In this document: positions 1 through 10,062 of the stretch, piece after piece | How positions within the stretch are numbered: the stretch's first letter is position 1 | Layout: the number at the start of each line of letters is the position of its first letter | Assembly (NCBI GenBank): GCA_963664395.2 | Contig: OY761159.2 | Location: forward strand, 4,288,001 to 4,352,000 | Direction of reading: 5' to 3' | From: Candidatus Binatia bacterium | GTDB taxonomy: Bacteria > Desulfobacterota > Binatia > Bin18 | DNA length: 64,000 bases | Made by a program: the position numbers and the translations under genes | The notes under the pieces: generated by a model | Told to the model about the DNA's origin: nothing | Database searches by the model: none | The model's input: the letters and a program-made list of their open reading frames with translations, nothing else

Positions 1-14
1 GACGGAGGGCCTAA

Positions 15-440
15 ATGGAGCTTGACGCAAACACAGAATATGGAGGGTTTTGGATTCGGGTCGGAGCGAACGTGATGGATGGGGTGGTCCTCATAATAGT
101 ATCACTTCTGATTAACATACTGTCACAGCTTGCTTTCTCAGAGGAAGCAGCTGGAGTTGCTGACGCTGTTCCCCAGATATTGCTTTACTGGGTGTATTCA
201 GCCGTCCTTCATTCCTCCTCTTGGCAAGCCACAATAGGAAAAAAGATGCTTGGGATGAAGGTAGTAGATTACTCTGGGGAGAGAATCTCTTTTGGTCGAG
301 CAACTGGTCGTTATTTTGCAGGTATTCTATCCGGGTTGATTTTGGGAATAGGACTTATGATGGTCGGGTGGACGAAAAGAAAACAAGGTCTACACGACTT
401 TATAGCAAAAACTCTAGTAGTCGAGGTCAAGAATGTTTGA
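15..440 (+). CDS. RDD family membrane protein
   Basis: YGGFWIRVGANVMD, QATIGKKMLGMKVVD and KQGLHDFIAKTLVV motifs; GGAGG RBS upstream. Confidence 0.85.
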   Translation: MELDANTEYGGFWIRVGANVMDGVVLIIVSLLINILSQLAFSEEAAGVADAVPQILLYWVYSAVLHSSSWQATIGKKMLGMKVVDYSGERISFGRATGRYFAGILSGLILGIGLMMVGWTKRKQGLHDFIAKTLVVEVKNV

Positions 441-652
441 CCAAATGCACTCTCGCCGTCTTGCATCTCCTCGCTCAACGAGGCCCGGCCTGCCCAGATT
501 ACCTCAAGGCCTTTATATGGAAACAGAGGCGTAACCCCACCTTGCATCCGTAGAGGCTTGTGGCTAGGATCGCGGCAGTTCGTGTAACTGAACCTTCATT
601 CAGCCATTCGGCCAAACTACACACTATAAGTATTGAGAGAAGGGGACTCAGT

Positions 653-1897
653 ATGGCAGGCGCATCACGTCAGGGTATGTTAGCTGGCTATAAGGTGCTG
701 GACTTTACACAAATTGTTGCCGGACCGACGACGACGCGCCTGCTGGCCGAAATGGGGGCTGAGGTCATCAAAGTCGAACAGGCCCCGAAAGGAGACCCGG
801 CCCGTCTCAATGGTATTCTGAAAAAAGGCCGCAGCGGCTATTTCGTTCAGCATAATGTATGCAAACAAAGCCTGTGCGTAAATTTGAAGACAGAGGAAGG
901 GCGTGACATCATACGCGGGCTCATTCCGCATATGGATGTGGTAGTCGAGAACTATAGTCCGGGCGCGATCAAGCGGCTCGGTTTCGCCTATGAAGAACTC
1001 CAAAAGCTGAACCCCCGCATCATTATGTGTTCAATCTCAGCTCTTGGTCAGACCGGCCCGCTGTCCCATGTTCCCGGCTATGATTACATTGCGCAGGCGT
1101 ATTCAGGCTTCAGTGAAGTCACTGGCGAACGCGGCCGGGCACCGGCCATGCCCCAGGCTGCGATTGGCGATGTCAGCACGGGCGTGCATGCCTTCGGGGC
1201 GATTGCCTGCGCGCTATTGCACCGCGAGCGGACAGGAGAAGGCCAGTATATCGACGTGTCGCTGCTGGATGCCTATATCCATTCACACGATTTTACGATT
1301 CAGGCGCATAGCGCCTCGGGCGGCAAGTTCGTCCCGACACGGAGTGGCGCCCATCATATGGGGCTGGCCCCGTGTGGTATCTTTAAGGCAAAGGATGGGT
1401 TTGTGGTCATCGTTGGCGCTCTGGATCATCAATGGCAAGGCGTGGCGCGGACAATGGGACATCCGGAATTTGTGGAAGATCCGCGCTTCCGCACTAACCG
1501 GGATCGCGTCCATCATAAAAAAGAACTCATTGAGGCCATTGAAGCCTGGCTCGACACCATGCCGAACCGGGAAGAAGCGGTTGCCGCCCTGCACCGCGAA
1601 CGGGTGCCGGCTGCGCCTGTCCTGACCATTCCGGAAGTGGTCAATCATCCCCATTTACTTGAGCGGGAAGCCATCCGGCCGATACAGGATAAGGTGTTGG
1701 GCGATTTTGTCCTGCCCGGATTTCCGTTCCGCTTTTCGAGTCCGGCCAGAACGGATGCCCCGTTTGAAGCGCCGGATCTGGGCGAACACAATGCGTCCAT
1801 CCTGCGCGATTATCTGGACTATAGCCCTGACCAACTGGAGCGGTTAGCCCAGGACGGCATCCTTGTCAGCCGCCCAACGCCGGTAGAATACGAGTAA
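653..1897 (+). CDS. CaiB/BaiF family (class III) CoA-transferase
   Basis: VLDFTQIVAGP, LAEMGAEVIKVE, DVVVENYSPG, GYDYIAQA and APDLGEHN motifs; start moved to ATG 653 behind a purine-rich RBS. Confidence 0.9.
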   Translation: MAGASRQGMLAGYKVLDFTQIVAGPTTTRLLAEMGAEVIKVEQAPKGDPARLNGILKKGRSGYFVQHNVCKQSLCVNLKTEEGRDIIRGLIPHMDVVVENYSPGAIKRLGFAYEELQKLNPRIIMCSISALGQTGPLSHVPGYDYIAQAYSGFSEVTGERGRAPAMPQAAIGDVSTGVHAFGAIACALLHRERTGEGQYIDVSLLDAYIHSHDFTIQAHSASGGKFVPTRSGAHHMGLAPCGIFKAKDGFVVIVGALDHQWQGVARTMGHPEFVEDPRFRTNRDRVHHKKELIEAIEAWLDTMPNREEAVAALHRERVPAAPVLTIPEVVNHPHLLEREAIRPIQDKVLGDFVLPGFPFRFSSPARTDAPFEAPDLGEHNASILRDYLDYSPDQLERLAQDGILVSRPTPVEYE

Positions 1898-1910
1898 GGA
1901 AAGATATTTC

Positions 1911-3539
1911 ATGCACGGTAAACGCGGGCTCATATCCGTAGTCTGTCGCGTCCTCGGCGGGCTGTTACTCCTGGCGATCTCGGCCAATGTTTCGCCCTGT
2001 TACGGCTATTTCATGGACAAACAGGTTGATAAGGTCGTGAATACATGGTCACGCTTTGATCGCTTTCTGTCTACCTTTGATCCGGCGGGCCGGTACGTCC
2101 GACAGCCCGTAGAACGTCAGATCCCGGCCCTGACGTTTCGGGGGTTTCTCCGCCAATGGTCTGACGTCCAACTCTCAGGCGACCGCCGTGTCGGCAATCG
2201 GCGAAAAGACTTCCGTTTTTCCCAGATGCAGAATTTGCTGGAATTGGAACTCCACTACCAAGTCTCACCCAATATCGAAATAACCAATATCAATAACTTC
2301 ATATACGACGGTGTGTACAACTGGCAGGATTCTGCCGGTCTGTTTGCCTCCCGGACGAGCGAAACTTTCCGCGCCTATCATAACTTTGAACGCATCGTGC
2401 GCGAGCTGTATGTCAGCTATCGCACCCACAACCTGGATGTGGTTTTGGGCAAGCAGCAGATTGCCTGGGGTAAAATGGACGGCCAGTTCATTGATGTCAT
2501 CAACGGCATGGACAGGCGTGAGTCCGTCCAGCTTGAGTCGAGTGACTACGAGTGGCGCCGGCTGCCGGTCTGGATGGCGAATACGACCTATTTCTTTGGG
2601 GCAAACTCTCTCAACTTCCTGTGGATTCCGAACTTTGAGCAAGACCGCAATCCGGTCCCCGGCTCACCGTGGTATTCGCCCCTGGCTCCGCCCAGGGATA
2701 CGGAGACGAAAGCGCTCCTGGACGGCCGCCAAGACGCGACCGGGGATCAGTTCAGGGAGACGAAGCGGCCGTCTGCGGGCGACTTCGGCGACCATCAATA
2801 CGGCCTGCGGCTTGATGTTTCCATGGAACCGCTCACCTGGGGTCTCATTTATTATTACGCCTGGAATAAAAACCCGACGTCCTTCATTGTCGACCGCGAT
2901 ATCGATGCTGCCGGGGACCCCCATCTGACCTTTCAGCCGCGTTTTACCCGCATGCATCATCTCGGCATCACTGCCGACTATGCTTCCGCGCTCTCGAATA
3001 TGCCGCTTGTCGGCGAACTGCCCATGGTGCTGCGGGTTGAGGGTTTGTGGACCAAAGACGTTCCCTTCGCCGACTTTGACCATCAGCAGGCGGCGCGGGA
3101 CGGGAGTCTCAACTCGGGCATCATTCGGCGCGATACCCTGCGGGCCGCGATTGCGCTGGAGTTCGCCTTTCCCGGCAATACCTCTGCGATTATACAACCC
3201 TCACTCTTGTATACCTTTGACTGGCGTCGCAATCTCGGCGGGGGCTTTGGCGGAGGGATCGGAGATGAAATGAGCCTCCTGCCGGTCTTCTTTGTTGGGC
3301 GCCCGTTTCGCTTCACCCGTGACCGTTTGCGCCTGGAGTTGACCGTCGTTCCCGTTATCAGTCTGCCGCAGAAGAAATGGCAGGGCATCAAAACGAAATT
3401 TGTTTCGAGCTATCGCTTTTCCCAATTTGTTACCGGTCGCCTTATTTATACGGCGTTCAGTAGCGGTGATCGGACTGACCTGTACGGACAATATAACAAA
3501 TGGGACAATATCGGCTGGGAACTGAGTTACGAGTTCTAA
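1911..3539 (+). CDS. DUF1302-like outer-membrane beta-barrel protein
   Basis: Signal peptide, RELYVSY..GKQQIAWGKMD motif, C-terminal DNIGWELSYEF ending in Phe; precedes DUF1329-like genes. Confidence 0.65.
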   Translation: MHGKRGLISVVCRVLGGLLLLAISANVSPCYGYFMDKQVDKVVNTWSRFDRFLSTFDPAGRYVRQPVERQIPALTFRGFLRQWSDVQLSGDRRVGNRRKDFRFSQMQNLLELELHYQVSPNIEITNINNFIYDGVYNWQDSAGLFASRTSETFRAYHNFERIVRELYVSYRTHNLDVVLGKQQIAWGKMDGQFIDVINGMDRRESVQLESSDYEWRRLPVWMANTTYFFGANSLNFLWIPNFEQDRNPVPGSPWYSPLAPPRDTETKALLDGRQDATGDQFRETKRPSAGDFGDHQYGLRLDVSMEPLTWGLIYYYAWNKNPTSFIVDRDIDAAGDPHLTFQPRFTRMHHLGITADYASALSNMPLVGELPMVLRVEGLWTKDVPFADFDHQQAARDGSLNSGIIRRDTLRAAIALEFAFPGNTSAIIQPSLLYTFDWRRNLGGGFGGGIGDEMSLLPVFFVGRPFRFTRDRLRLELTVVPVISLPQKKWQGIKTKFVSSYRFSQFVTGRLIYTAFSSGDRTDLYGQYNKWDNIGWELSYEF

Positions 3540-3548
3540 CCGACCTGC

Positions 3549-4937
3549 GTGAAAGAGCTCTCACCGGACGATCATCTTATGCATAGACGCTTTTTTTTCC
3601 TGACGGTATGGGTCTTTTCTTTTCTCTCCAGCCTGGCGATAGCGATTGCTGGGGCTGCTGAGCAGAACGGCAGCCACCGGCAGACCTGGAAAACGGTAGC
3701 GGAGCTGTCCGAGGCGGAAAAGTCGCGTCTTGATTTCCGGGTCGATACCCCCCGAGATACGACGGTTCCATACCTCCCGGCCGAAGCCTATCCCTTTCAG
3801 CCGCCTTATACCGCGGAAGAGATGGGCTATCGGGCCATGGAATTCCCGCACATCGCCCGCTGGTCGCATGCTATGGCCGATGTGTTCGGCGCCATTACCG
3901 GCAACGGCTTTCTGGATGAAGGCATCACGCTGGGCTATAGCTATTATATCCCGGACGAAGATGGGGTGCCCGGTCAGCTCAGCATGACACCTGGGGAGGC
4001 CTATTTTCGGATGGTCTTCTTTTATACCTATCCGCCTGAGAATCAGGGCCTGCAGGACCTCTGGATCCTGAGACGGACAGACAAAGAGGAAACGACCAAA
4101 CTCGACAATTTTATCTATAGCCCAACATTGCGCCGCGTGCGTCGCCAGCCCCAACCCCGCCGTGATGCCCAATTCCCGAATAACGTCCAGACCTTTGACG
4201 ATGTGGTGGGGCGCGATGCCTGGGAGTTCTCCTGGCGGCTGCTTGGCACGGATGTGCTGCATGAGACCGTTCGTTTCCCAAATACCCGTCCGACAGTCAC
4301 CCTGGCCAAGCCCGACGGGAGTTTTAATGAGATCCCATCCGATCATATTAAAATGCTGGGCGACACGTATCCGCATTATACTGAAGACGGTGGAGTGGCC
4401 TGTTATGTGGTTGAGGCGACCAGACGAAAAGACTGGCTGCCCCACTATCGCATGGGCCGGCTCATCTATTGGCTCGATAAGCACAGTTTTTATCCGTTGC
4501 GAATTGAGCAGTATGACAATGACAACCAACTTCGGGTGATCGAGGTACGCAACGCCTATCTGGTCAATCCGGCACTGGAAGAACGTGGTTATGCCGGACT
4601 GTTCACCGTGTACTATGACATTGCTTTAGACCTGATGAGCTATAGCGCACATGATGCCCATTGGGTGAAGGAGTGGTCCCAAGAAGACCAGGATACGATG
4701 TTTGAGCCTGATTTTATGCGCCGCAATTGGCTCAAGTATCCGCTCAAATCCCAATCTCTGGTCTATTCTCCGGAAAAATTCTTTCTCCGCCCGCTCTTGT
4801 ATCCGGATAAATTCCCGCAGGACCGGAGCGTTGCCATCTCCGCAGAGCTGGAGCAGCGCTATCGTTTGCAGGAAGAAGCCGGACATCTAGTCTTCGACAT
4901 CTCCTCTCCGCTCATTGAGGTCAAAGCGCAACAGTAA
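3549..4937 (+). CDS. DUF1329-like / outer-membrane lipoprotein-sorting family periplasmic protein
   Basis: Signal peptide; YSPTLRRVRR, TFDD and IYWLDK..YPLRIEQYD motifs; start uncertain (3549 GTG or 3579 ATG). Confidence 0.65.
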   Translation: MKELSPDDHLMHRRFFFLTVWVFSFLSSLAIAIAGAAEQNGSHRQTWKTVAELSEAEKSRLDFRVDTPRDTTVPYLPAEAYPFQPPYTAEEMGYRAMEFPHIARWSHAMADVFGAITGNGFLDEGITLGYSYYIPDEDGVPGQLSMTPGEAYFRMVFFYTYPPENQGLQDLWILRRTDKEETTKLDNFIYSPTLRRVRRQPQPRRDAQFPNNVQTFDDVVGRDAWEFSWRLLGTDVLHETVRFPNTRPTVTLAKPDGSFNEIPSDHIKMLGDTYPHYTEDGGVACYVVEATRRKDWLPHYRMGRLIYWLDKHSFYPLRIEQYDNDNQLRVIEVRNAYLVNPALEERGYAGLFTVYYDIALDLMSYSAHDAHWVKEWSQEDQDTMFEPDFMRRNWLKYPLKSQSLVYSPEKFFLRPLLYPDKFPQDRSVAISAELEQRYRLQEEAGHLVFDISSPLIEVKAQQ

Positions 4938-4938
4938 G

Positions 4939-6282
4939 ATGGCTCTTCACGCGCAACAGCTCTTGTGGCTGCTTGTCTGCTGCCTGCTGTGTTCCGGCAG
5001 TCTGGGGGCCGCGACCGTGGCGGCAGACCAAGACGGTCTGACGCCGCAGAAAACCTGGACAACGGCTGCCGAGCTCACGGCCGAAGAAAAAGGAGTGCTG
5101 GATTTCCGTACGGACACGCCGCGAGATGCCAGCGTGCCCTATCTGCCGGCCGAGTCCTTCCCGTTTCAGCCGCCCTATACGGCGGAAGAAATGGCGCTGC
5201 GAGCCATGGAGTTCCCCCACTCGCCGTTCTGGGACTGCATCCTGATCGACATGGCGTTCTCGGTGACGAATTCAGGATTTATGGACCAACGCGTGACGCT
5301 TATTCCCATTCTGTATTTTCCTGAGAACGGCTTTGGAGAACATCTGTACGCGGCGCAGCCCGGCCAGGAAATCTATCGCTGGCTCTCCCAAAGCGTCTCT
5401 CCACCCGAACGGTACGGGAATCAGACCTTATGGATAGGCTATCGGACAGATAAGACCTTCCGGACGAAAATAGACATGTTCGCCTATTCTCCATCGCTGC
5501 GGCGAATCCGTCGTCAGCCGCAACCGCGGCGGGAAGACCGTTTACCAAACAGTGCCGCAACCTTCGATAATCTGATCGGACGCGATGCCTGGGAGTTCTC
5601 GTGGCGCATTCTCGGGACGGATGTTTTGCATCAGACGGTGCGTTTCCCCAAGACGCGCCAAACCGCGGTGCTGACCGACGAGAAAGGGCAGTACGTTGAA
5701 GTTGACGCCAAAGATCTCTCCCTCATGGGCAAAGAATACCCGCTCTATACCGCCGATGGTGGAGTCAAATGCTATGTGCTCGAAGCCATACCAAAATCCG
5801 ACTGGCTGCGTGACTACTATGCCCATAGGCTTATTTACTGGGTTGACCAATATGCGTTCTTTCCCTTGCGGATGGAAGAATATGACCGACAGGAGAATCT
5901 GAGTTTTGTGAACACCCGGATTGCGAGCCTTGCCAACCCGGCTCTTCAGGAACACGGCTACGCGGTTCAGTTTGACCTGTGGTGGGACGTGTCTATTGAC
6001 TTCCTGTCCGCCTCGACCCACGGTTTTGTCCCCCAGACCTGGTCAGCGGCAGACAAAAAGATATTCTTCAGCTCCGGATTCATGCGCCGCGAGTGGTTCC
6101 TTGTGCCGCCCAAGGGCCTGATGAGTCTCAACTCGCCGGACGAATTCTACCTGCGGCCCCCGCTCGAAGAGGGGAAATTCCCGGACTCGCGCTCTATCAG
6201 TTTGTCCCCTGGTCTACGGGCTCTGATTGAGGCCCAAGAGCGCGAGGGTAAGCTGGTGTTTGAGGAGGGAAGGGACGGCTAA
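4939..6282 (+). CDS. Second DUF1329-like protein (tandem paralog)
   Basis: Shares PYLPAE.(Y/F)PFQPPYTAEEM, RR(V/I)RRQPQPRR and GRDAWEFSWR.LGTDVLH with the previous ORF; ATG 1 nt after the upstream stop. Confidence 0.7.
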   Translation: MALHAQQLLWLLVCCLLCSGSLGAATVAADQDGLTPQKTWTTAAELTAEEKGVLDFRTDTPRDASVPYLPAESFPFQPPYTAEEMALRAMEFPHSPFWDCILIDMAFSVTNSGFMDQRVTLIPILYFPENGFGEHLYAAQPGQEIYRWLSQSVSPPERYGNQTLWIGYRTDKTFRTKIDMFAYSPSLRRIRRQPQPRREDRLPNSAATFDNLIGRDAWEFSWRILGTDVLHQTVRFPKTRQTAVLTDEKGQYVEVDAKDLSLMGKEYPLYTADGGVKCYVLEAIPKSDWLRDYYAHRLIYWVDQYAFFPLRMEEYDRQENLSFVNTRIASLANPALQEHGYAVQFDLWWDVSIDFLSASTHGFVPQTWSAADKKIFFSSGFMRREWFLVPPKGLMSLNSPDEFYLRPPLEEGKFPDSRSISLSPGLRALIEAQEREGKLVFEEGRDG

Positions 6283-6340
6283 GCGCGTCAGTACAGAGGG
6301 TACCACGGGCGGTTGCGGTTGCCGGTCCCCTCTGCGCGTC

Positions 6341-7456
6341 TTACTCCGTCGTGTGTGTATCTTGCCAGGCGCGGCCCATCGAGTCCGCGGCCAGAATGGC
6401 GTCGGCAACCATGTCAGGCTGCACGGCAAACGGTTCGTTATGGATGGTTTCTCCTTCCGCGGTCGCCCGCGTGGCCACTTGTTCAAGCAGGTCTTCCGGG
6501 AATTCGCTGAGCCCGATCTCGGCCAGGGTGATAGGCAGGCCGACCGCTGATGAAAACTCCAGAACCGGATCGATAACCGAGCGTGGCTGACCTTCGAGCA
6601 CTAATTGAGCCATCAGGCCGTAGGCGACTTTTTCCCCATGATAGTACGGATGGGTGAGCGGGGCTGCGGTGAGGCCATTATGGATGGCATGGGCTGCGGC
6701 AAGCCCTGAGGACTCGAAGCCCAGACCCGACAGCAGGGTGTTGGCTTCGACAAGCCGCTCCAGGGCTGGATTGACAACGTGACGTTCCACGGCCCGTTTC
6801 GCATCCGGACCGTCTTCAACCAGGATGTTGTAGCACAGCTCCGCCAGCTTTTCGGCGCTGCGCGTTGAGGCTCCCCCACGCATATTCTGGACATGACCGG
6901 CAACACAGGTTTTGGCCTCGAACCACGTGGCCAGCGCATCTCCCATCCCTGCCACCAGCAGCCTGGCCGGAGCTTGGGCGACAACATAGGTGTCCACCAC
7001 AACCAAATCCGGGTTCTTCCGATAAAAGCGATATTCCTGGAATACCCCTTCGGGAGTATAAATCACCGACAGCGCGCTGCACGGCGCATCACTTGAGGCA
7101 ATGCTTGGACAGTTGACGACAGGCAGATCAAGGTCGTCGGCGGCGGCCCGGGCCGCATCCAATACCTTCCCGCCGCCCGCTCCGATAATGACCTGAGCCT
7201 TATTCGCCCGCGCCGTTTCTTTGATACGTTCGATTTCAGGGTAGGAGCACTCCCCCCCGAACTGATGGACGACGTGGGTGATGCCGGCATCGTTCAAATG
7301 TTTCTGCCAGACTTCCGAGAGCAGCCGAATGGCACTTTTCCCGGCAACAATACAGGCCGGTCCCTGCAAGCCAATACGCTGCATTTCCGTTCCTAAGGCG
7401 GCAGTGGCGTGCTTCCCTTGTACGTAGTGGCTGGGGGCTGAAAAAACCGAGAGCAT
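6341..7456 (-). CDS. gldA: Glycerol dehydrogenase (GldA family)
   Basis: FSAPSHYVQG, GAGGGKVLD, IASSDAPCSALSVIY, GMGDALATWFEA, AAAHAIHNGLT and HGEKVAYG motifs; RBS before ATG 7456. Confidence 0.9.
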   Translation of the reverse strand: MLSVFSAPSHYVQGKHATAALGTEMQRIGLQGPACIVAGKSAIRLLSEVWQKHLNDAGITHVVHQFGGECSYPEIERIKETARANKAQVIIGAGGGKVLDAARAAADDLDLPVVNCPSIASSDAPCSALSVIYTPEGVFQEYRFYRKNPDLVVVDTYVVAQAPARLLVAGMGDALATWFEAKTCVAGHVQNMRGGASTRSAEKLAELCYNILVEDGPDAKRAVERHVVNPALERLVEANTLLSGLGFESSGLAAAHAIHNGLTAAPLTHPYYHGEKVAYGLMAQLVLEGQPRSVIDPVLEFSSAVGLPITLAEIGLSEFPEDLLEQVATRATAEGETIHNEPFAVQPDMVADAILAADSMGRAWQDTHTTE

Positions 7457-7582
7457 ATGTCCCTCCTTACCGATTGCTATTCCCTCAGATAGAGCAGGCA
7501 GTATAAACTGAGACGGGTTGACGCGGCAAGCAGGAGAGGGCCATTGGGACAAGAGGAGAGACGTTACTGTCGCCCCATATTG

Positions 7583-8437
7583 ATGAGCAGGATTCAGTAT
7601 CGGGTGCTCTGTCTCGTTGTCTTCGCCCTCTGGGGGGCTGGATGTTCTGAATTGCCGGGCGAACCACTCAAGTTAGGTCGGCATACGTATAGTAACGACC
7701 CCAGCGCCGAGCCGTGTCCGCTCGGTGAACGGAGCGGCCAGGGTGGTATGAGCAACGATGAGCGGACCGAACACGGGATTACGTATGCGGTTCGGACGCC
7801 GGCCAACTACAATCCAAAGATTCTTCACCCGCTCCTCATGGTCTATGCCCCAGCAGGCTCAAGTCGGTTTCACTCCGAGCGTCTGACCAATCTGACTTTC
7901 ACGGCAACGACGGCCGGCTTTGTCGTTGCCTACGCTGACTCCCTGCGTCTTTCACTCGAAGCCATTCCTGAACTCGGTACGATTCCACGGCTCATCGCCA
8001 AAAAATGGTGTGTTGATGAGCGGCGTGTCTATCTGACCGGCCATTCTGACGGTGGAACAGTTGCCTTGGCCCTGGCCCTTTTAGACGAGACACGCCACAT
8101 TCCCGCTGCGGTGGCTCCGAGTGCCGCCGGGTTCAGGCAGGCCGACCTCGAAACATTCTCGTGTCCCGAAGCCTTGCCTGCGCTGATTATGCACAGTGCG
8201 GATGACCATCTTTTCCCCGGCTACGGGGCTGATACGGCTGCTTGGCTGGCTTCGTGTAACGAGTGCCAGCCCCGTTCTATTGACAAGGACGAAAACGGTT
8301 GTATGGCCTACTCAGGCTGCACGGCGGCGAACAGAAAGACCATATACTGCGAAGGAACTGGTGCGCATAGGCATTGGCCCGCGCTCAATACGGCTCTCCT
8401 CTCGTTCTTCGTTGATATCGATAGCACCCTTCACTAA
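7583..8437 (+). CDS. PHB depolymerase/LpqC-like esterase, predicted lipoprotein
   Basis: Lipobox-like WGAGC; nucleophile elbow GHSDGG; HSADD and C-terminal HRHWP. Confidence 0.75.
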   Translation: MSRIQYRVLCLVVFALWGAGCSELPGEPLKLGRHTYSNDPSAEPCPLGERSGQGGMSNDERTEHGITYAVRTPANYNPKILHPLLMVYAPAGSSRFHSERLTNLTFTATTAGFVVAYADSLRLSLEAIPELGTIPRLIAKKWCVDERRVYLTGHSDGGTVALALALLDETRHIPAAVAPSAAGFRQADLETFSCPEALPALIMHSADDHLFPGYGADTAAWLASCNECQPRSIDKDENGCMAYSGCTAANRKTIYCEGTGAHRHWPALNTALLSFFVDIDSTLH

Positions 8438-8528
8438 ATAGGGCTCGCGCCCTGGAGTTGTCTCCGCTCCCTCAGCCTGCTATCTCAGTACCGTTGGTAA
8501 ATGACTGAAATTTCGTAAGAATTGACTG

Positions 8529-9101
8529 ATGCGACGAGCCTGCCGAATCTTCCTTCTCATATCCGCAGTGGCGACGCTCTGCCTGGCTCTTCCTGTGTCA
8601 TCCTGGGCGCACCGGGATAGAGGGCCGGGAGACCTGTGCCGCCGAGAGGTCGGTGCTTCACTCTTGCATATTACGTTCTATCAGACCCAATTTGACCCGG
8701 TCACAGAATATTGTGAAGAAATTCCGCGGGTGGGCAATGCTTTCCTGGTCGTGGACGTGACTCCGGATCTATGGGAAATGCCGTTCGGCGTCCAACTCGT
8801 TGCCTCAGATGAATCTGGACAGTCGAGTACGATACTGTCGCTGCCTTCACAAGTGTATGAACGTGGCGTGGCCAACGCTGAAGTCTTTGTGAAGGCCGGC
8901 ATGAGCTATGAAGTGCGTGTCGCGCTTGGACTTGAAGGTGAACCAGAACCGCGTAAATTTTTATTTCCCTTTCAGGTTGCAGCATGGTACAAGGCTATGG
9001 TCGGGCCAGCGCTGATTGTGATCGGAGTCGTTATCGTCATTGCGATATCGGTAATCCGTTATCAGATCACCTCTCGGAGCAGAGAAGCGCTGGTGGAATA
9101 A
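8529..9101 (+). CDS. pmoD: PmoD/AmoD-like copper protein (copy 1)
   Basis: Signal peptide, DLC-x7-LLHITFYQ...EYCEEIPRVG, C-terminal TM helix; directly upstream of xmoC. Confidence 0.75.
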   Translation: MRRACRIFLLISAVATLCLALPVSSWAHRDRGPGDLCRREVGASLLHITFYQTQFDPVTEYCEEIPRVGNAFLVVDVTPDLWEMPFGVQLVASDESGQSSTILSLPSQVYERGVANAEVFVKAGMSYEVRVALGLEGEPEPRKFLFPFQVAAWYKAMVGPALIVIGVVIVIAISVIRYQITSRSREALVE

Positions 9102-9151
9102 AGAGAGAGAGTGTAAAGTAACGTCGTTATTACTATTGAGGAGGGATACGC

Positions 9152-10000
9152 ATGGCTCAGGCGCAAGCAGTACAAAACGTACCGAAAGGTTCTGGCGATG
9201 GTTCTCTGACAAGTGGCAGCTCAGTCAACCCGACTGATTGGTCAGTCGGGTGGCATCCTCTATTCTGGGGGTGTGGGCTTATTATGCTTGCCAACGTCTT
9301 TTTCTGGTGTTGGAACTATGCCTTTATGTTCACGGCCGGACTGAACTCAGCGAGTGCTGAATTCACGCTGTATTACCGGACGCTGTTCTGGGGCGAACTA
9401 ATTGTCTTAGGCGTGTTTAGTGGCGTGTGGTTTGGCTGGCTCATGCGGAATGGCCGGGCCGTTGAGGGACAAGAATGCTCACCCGCCGAGGAGACGCGTC
9501 GCATCGCGATTTTGTGGAGCCTGATTGGCGCGACGAGTCTGGCAATCTATATGGAAGCCAGCTTCTGGCCGAACTGGGACGGCTCGTGGCACCAGACCAT
9601 GGTGCGTGACACCGCGCTCACACCGACCCACATCCCGATGTTCTACTTTTTCTTCCCGCTCTCCGTCGTGTTAGCAGTTGGCACCTACGTCTACGGGCGA
9701 TTCCACATTCCGGCGCTGTACGGCAAGGATAAAGGCTTTCCCTGGTCGTTCTTTTTGCTGATCAGTGCCTGTGTGCTCGAATGCATGGCCGTTGCCGCCA
9801 ATGAGTGGGGCCATAGCCTGTGGATCTCCGAAGAGATTTTCTCCGTTCCGTTTCACTGGCCGTTTGTGATTTATGGCTGGCTTGCCGCCGGCATGTTTGC
9901 GGTGTGGGGTGAAACCCTGGTGCGCATGTTCGAGGTCGAGAAGGCCGAAGAGGCTGCTCATCCGGAATCTTCACTCGAGTCGCCGCTAGCTGCTGATTAA
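9152..10000 (+). CDS. xmoC: Copper membrane monooxygenase subunit C (PmoC/AmoC family)
   Basis: DGSWHQTMVRDTALTPTH (CuC D,H,H) and NEWGHSLWISEEIFSVPFHWPF (CuD N,H,H); GAGGAGG RBS. Confidence 0.93.
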   Translation: MAQAQAVQNVPKGSGDGSLTSGSSVNPTDWSVGWHPLFWGCGLIMLANVFFWCWNYAFMFTAGLNSASAEFTLYYRTLFWGELIVLGVFSGVWFGWLMRNGRAVEGQECSPAEETRRIAILWSLIGATSLAIYMEASFWPNWDGSWHQTMVRDTALTPTHIPMFYFFFPLSVVLAVGTYVYGRFHIPALYGKDKGFPWSFFLLISACVLECMAVAANEWGHSLWISEEIFSVPFHWPFVIYGWLAAGMFAVWGETLVRMFEVEKAEEAAHPESSLESPLAAD

Positions 10001-10062
10001 TAATCGGCTCAGGTTTGGCTCGATAAACGTATCGACAATCCTCGTGCAGAGAGGAAGTGCGC

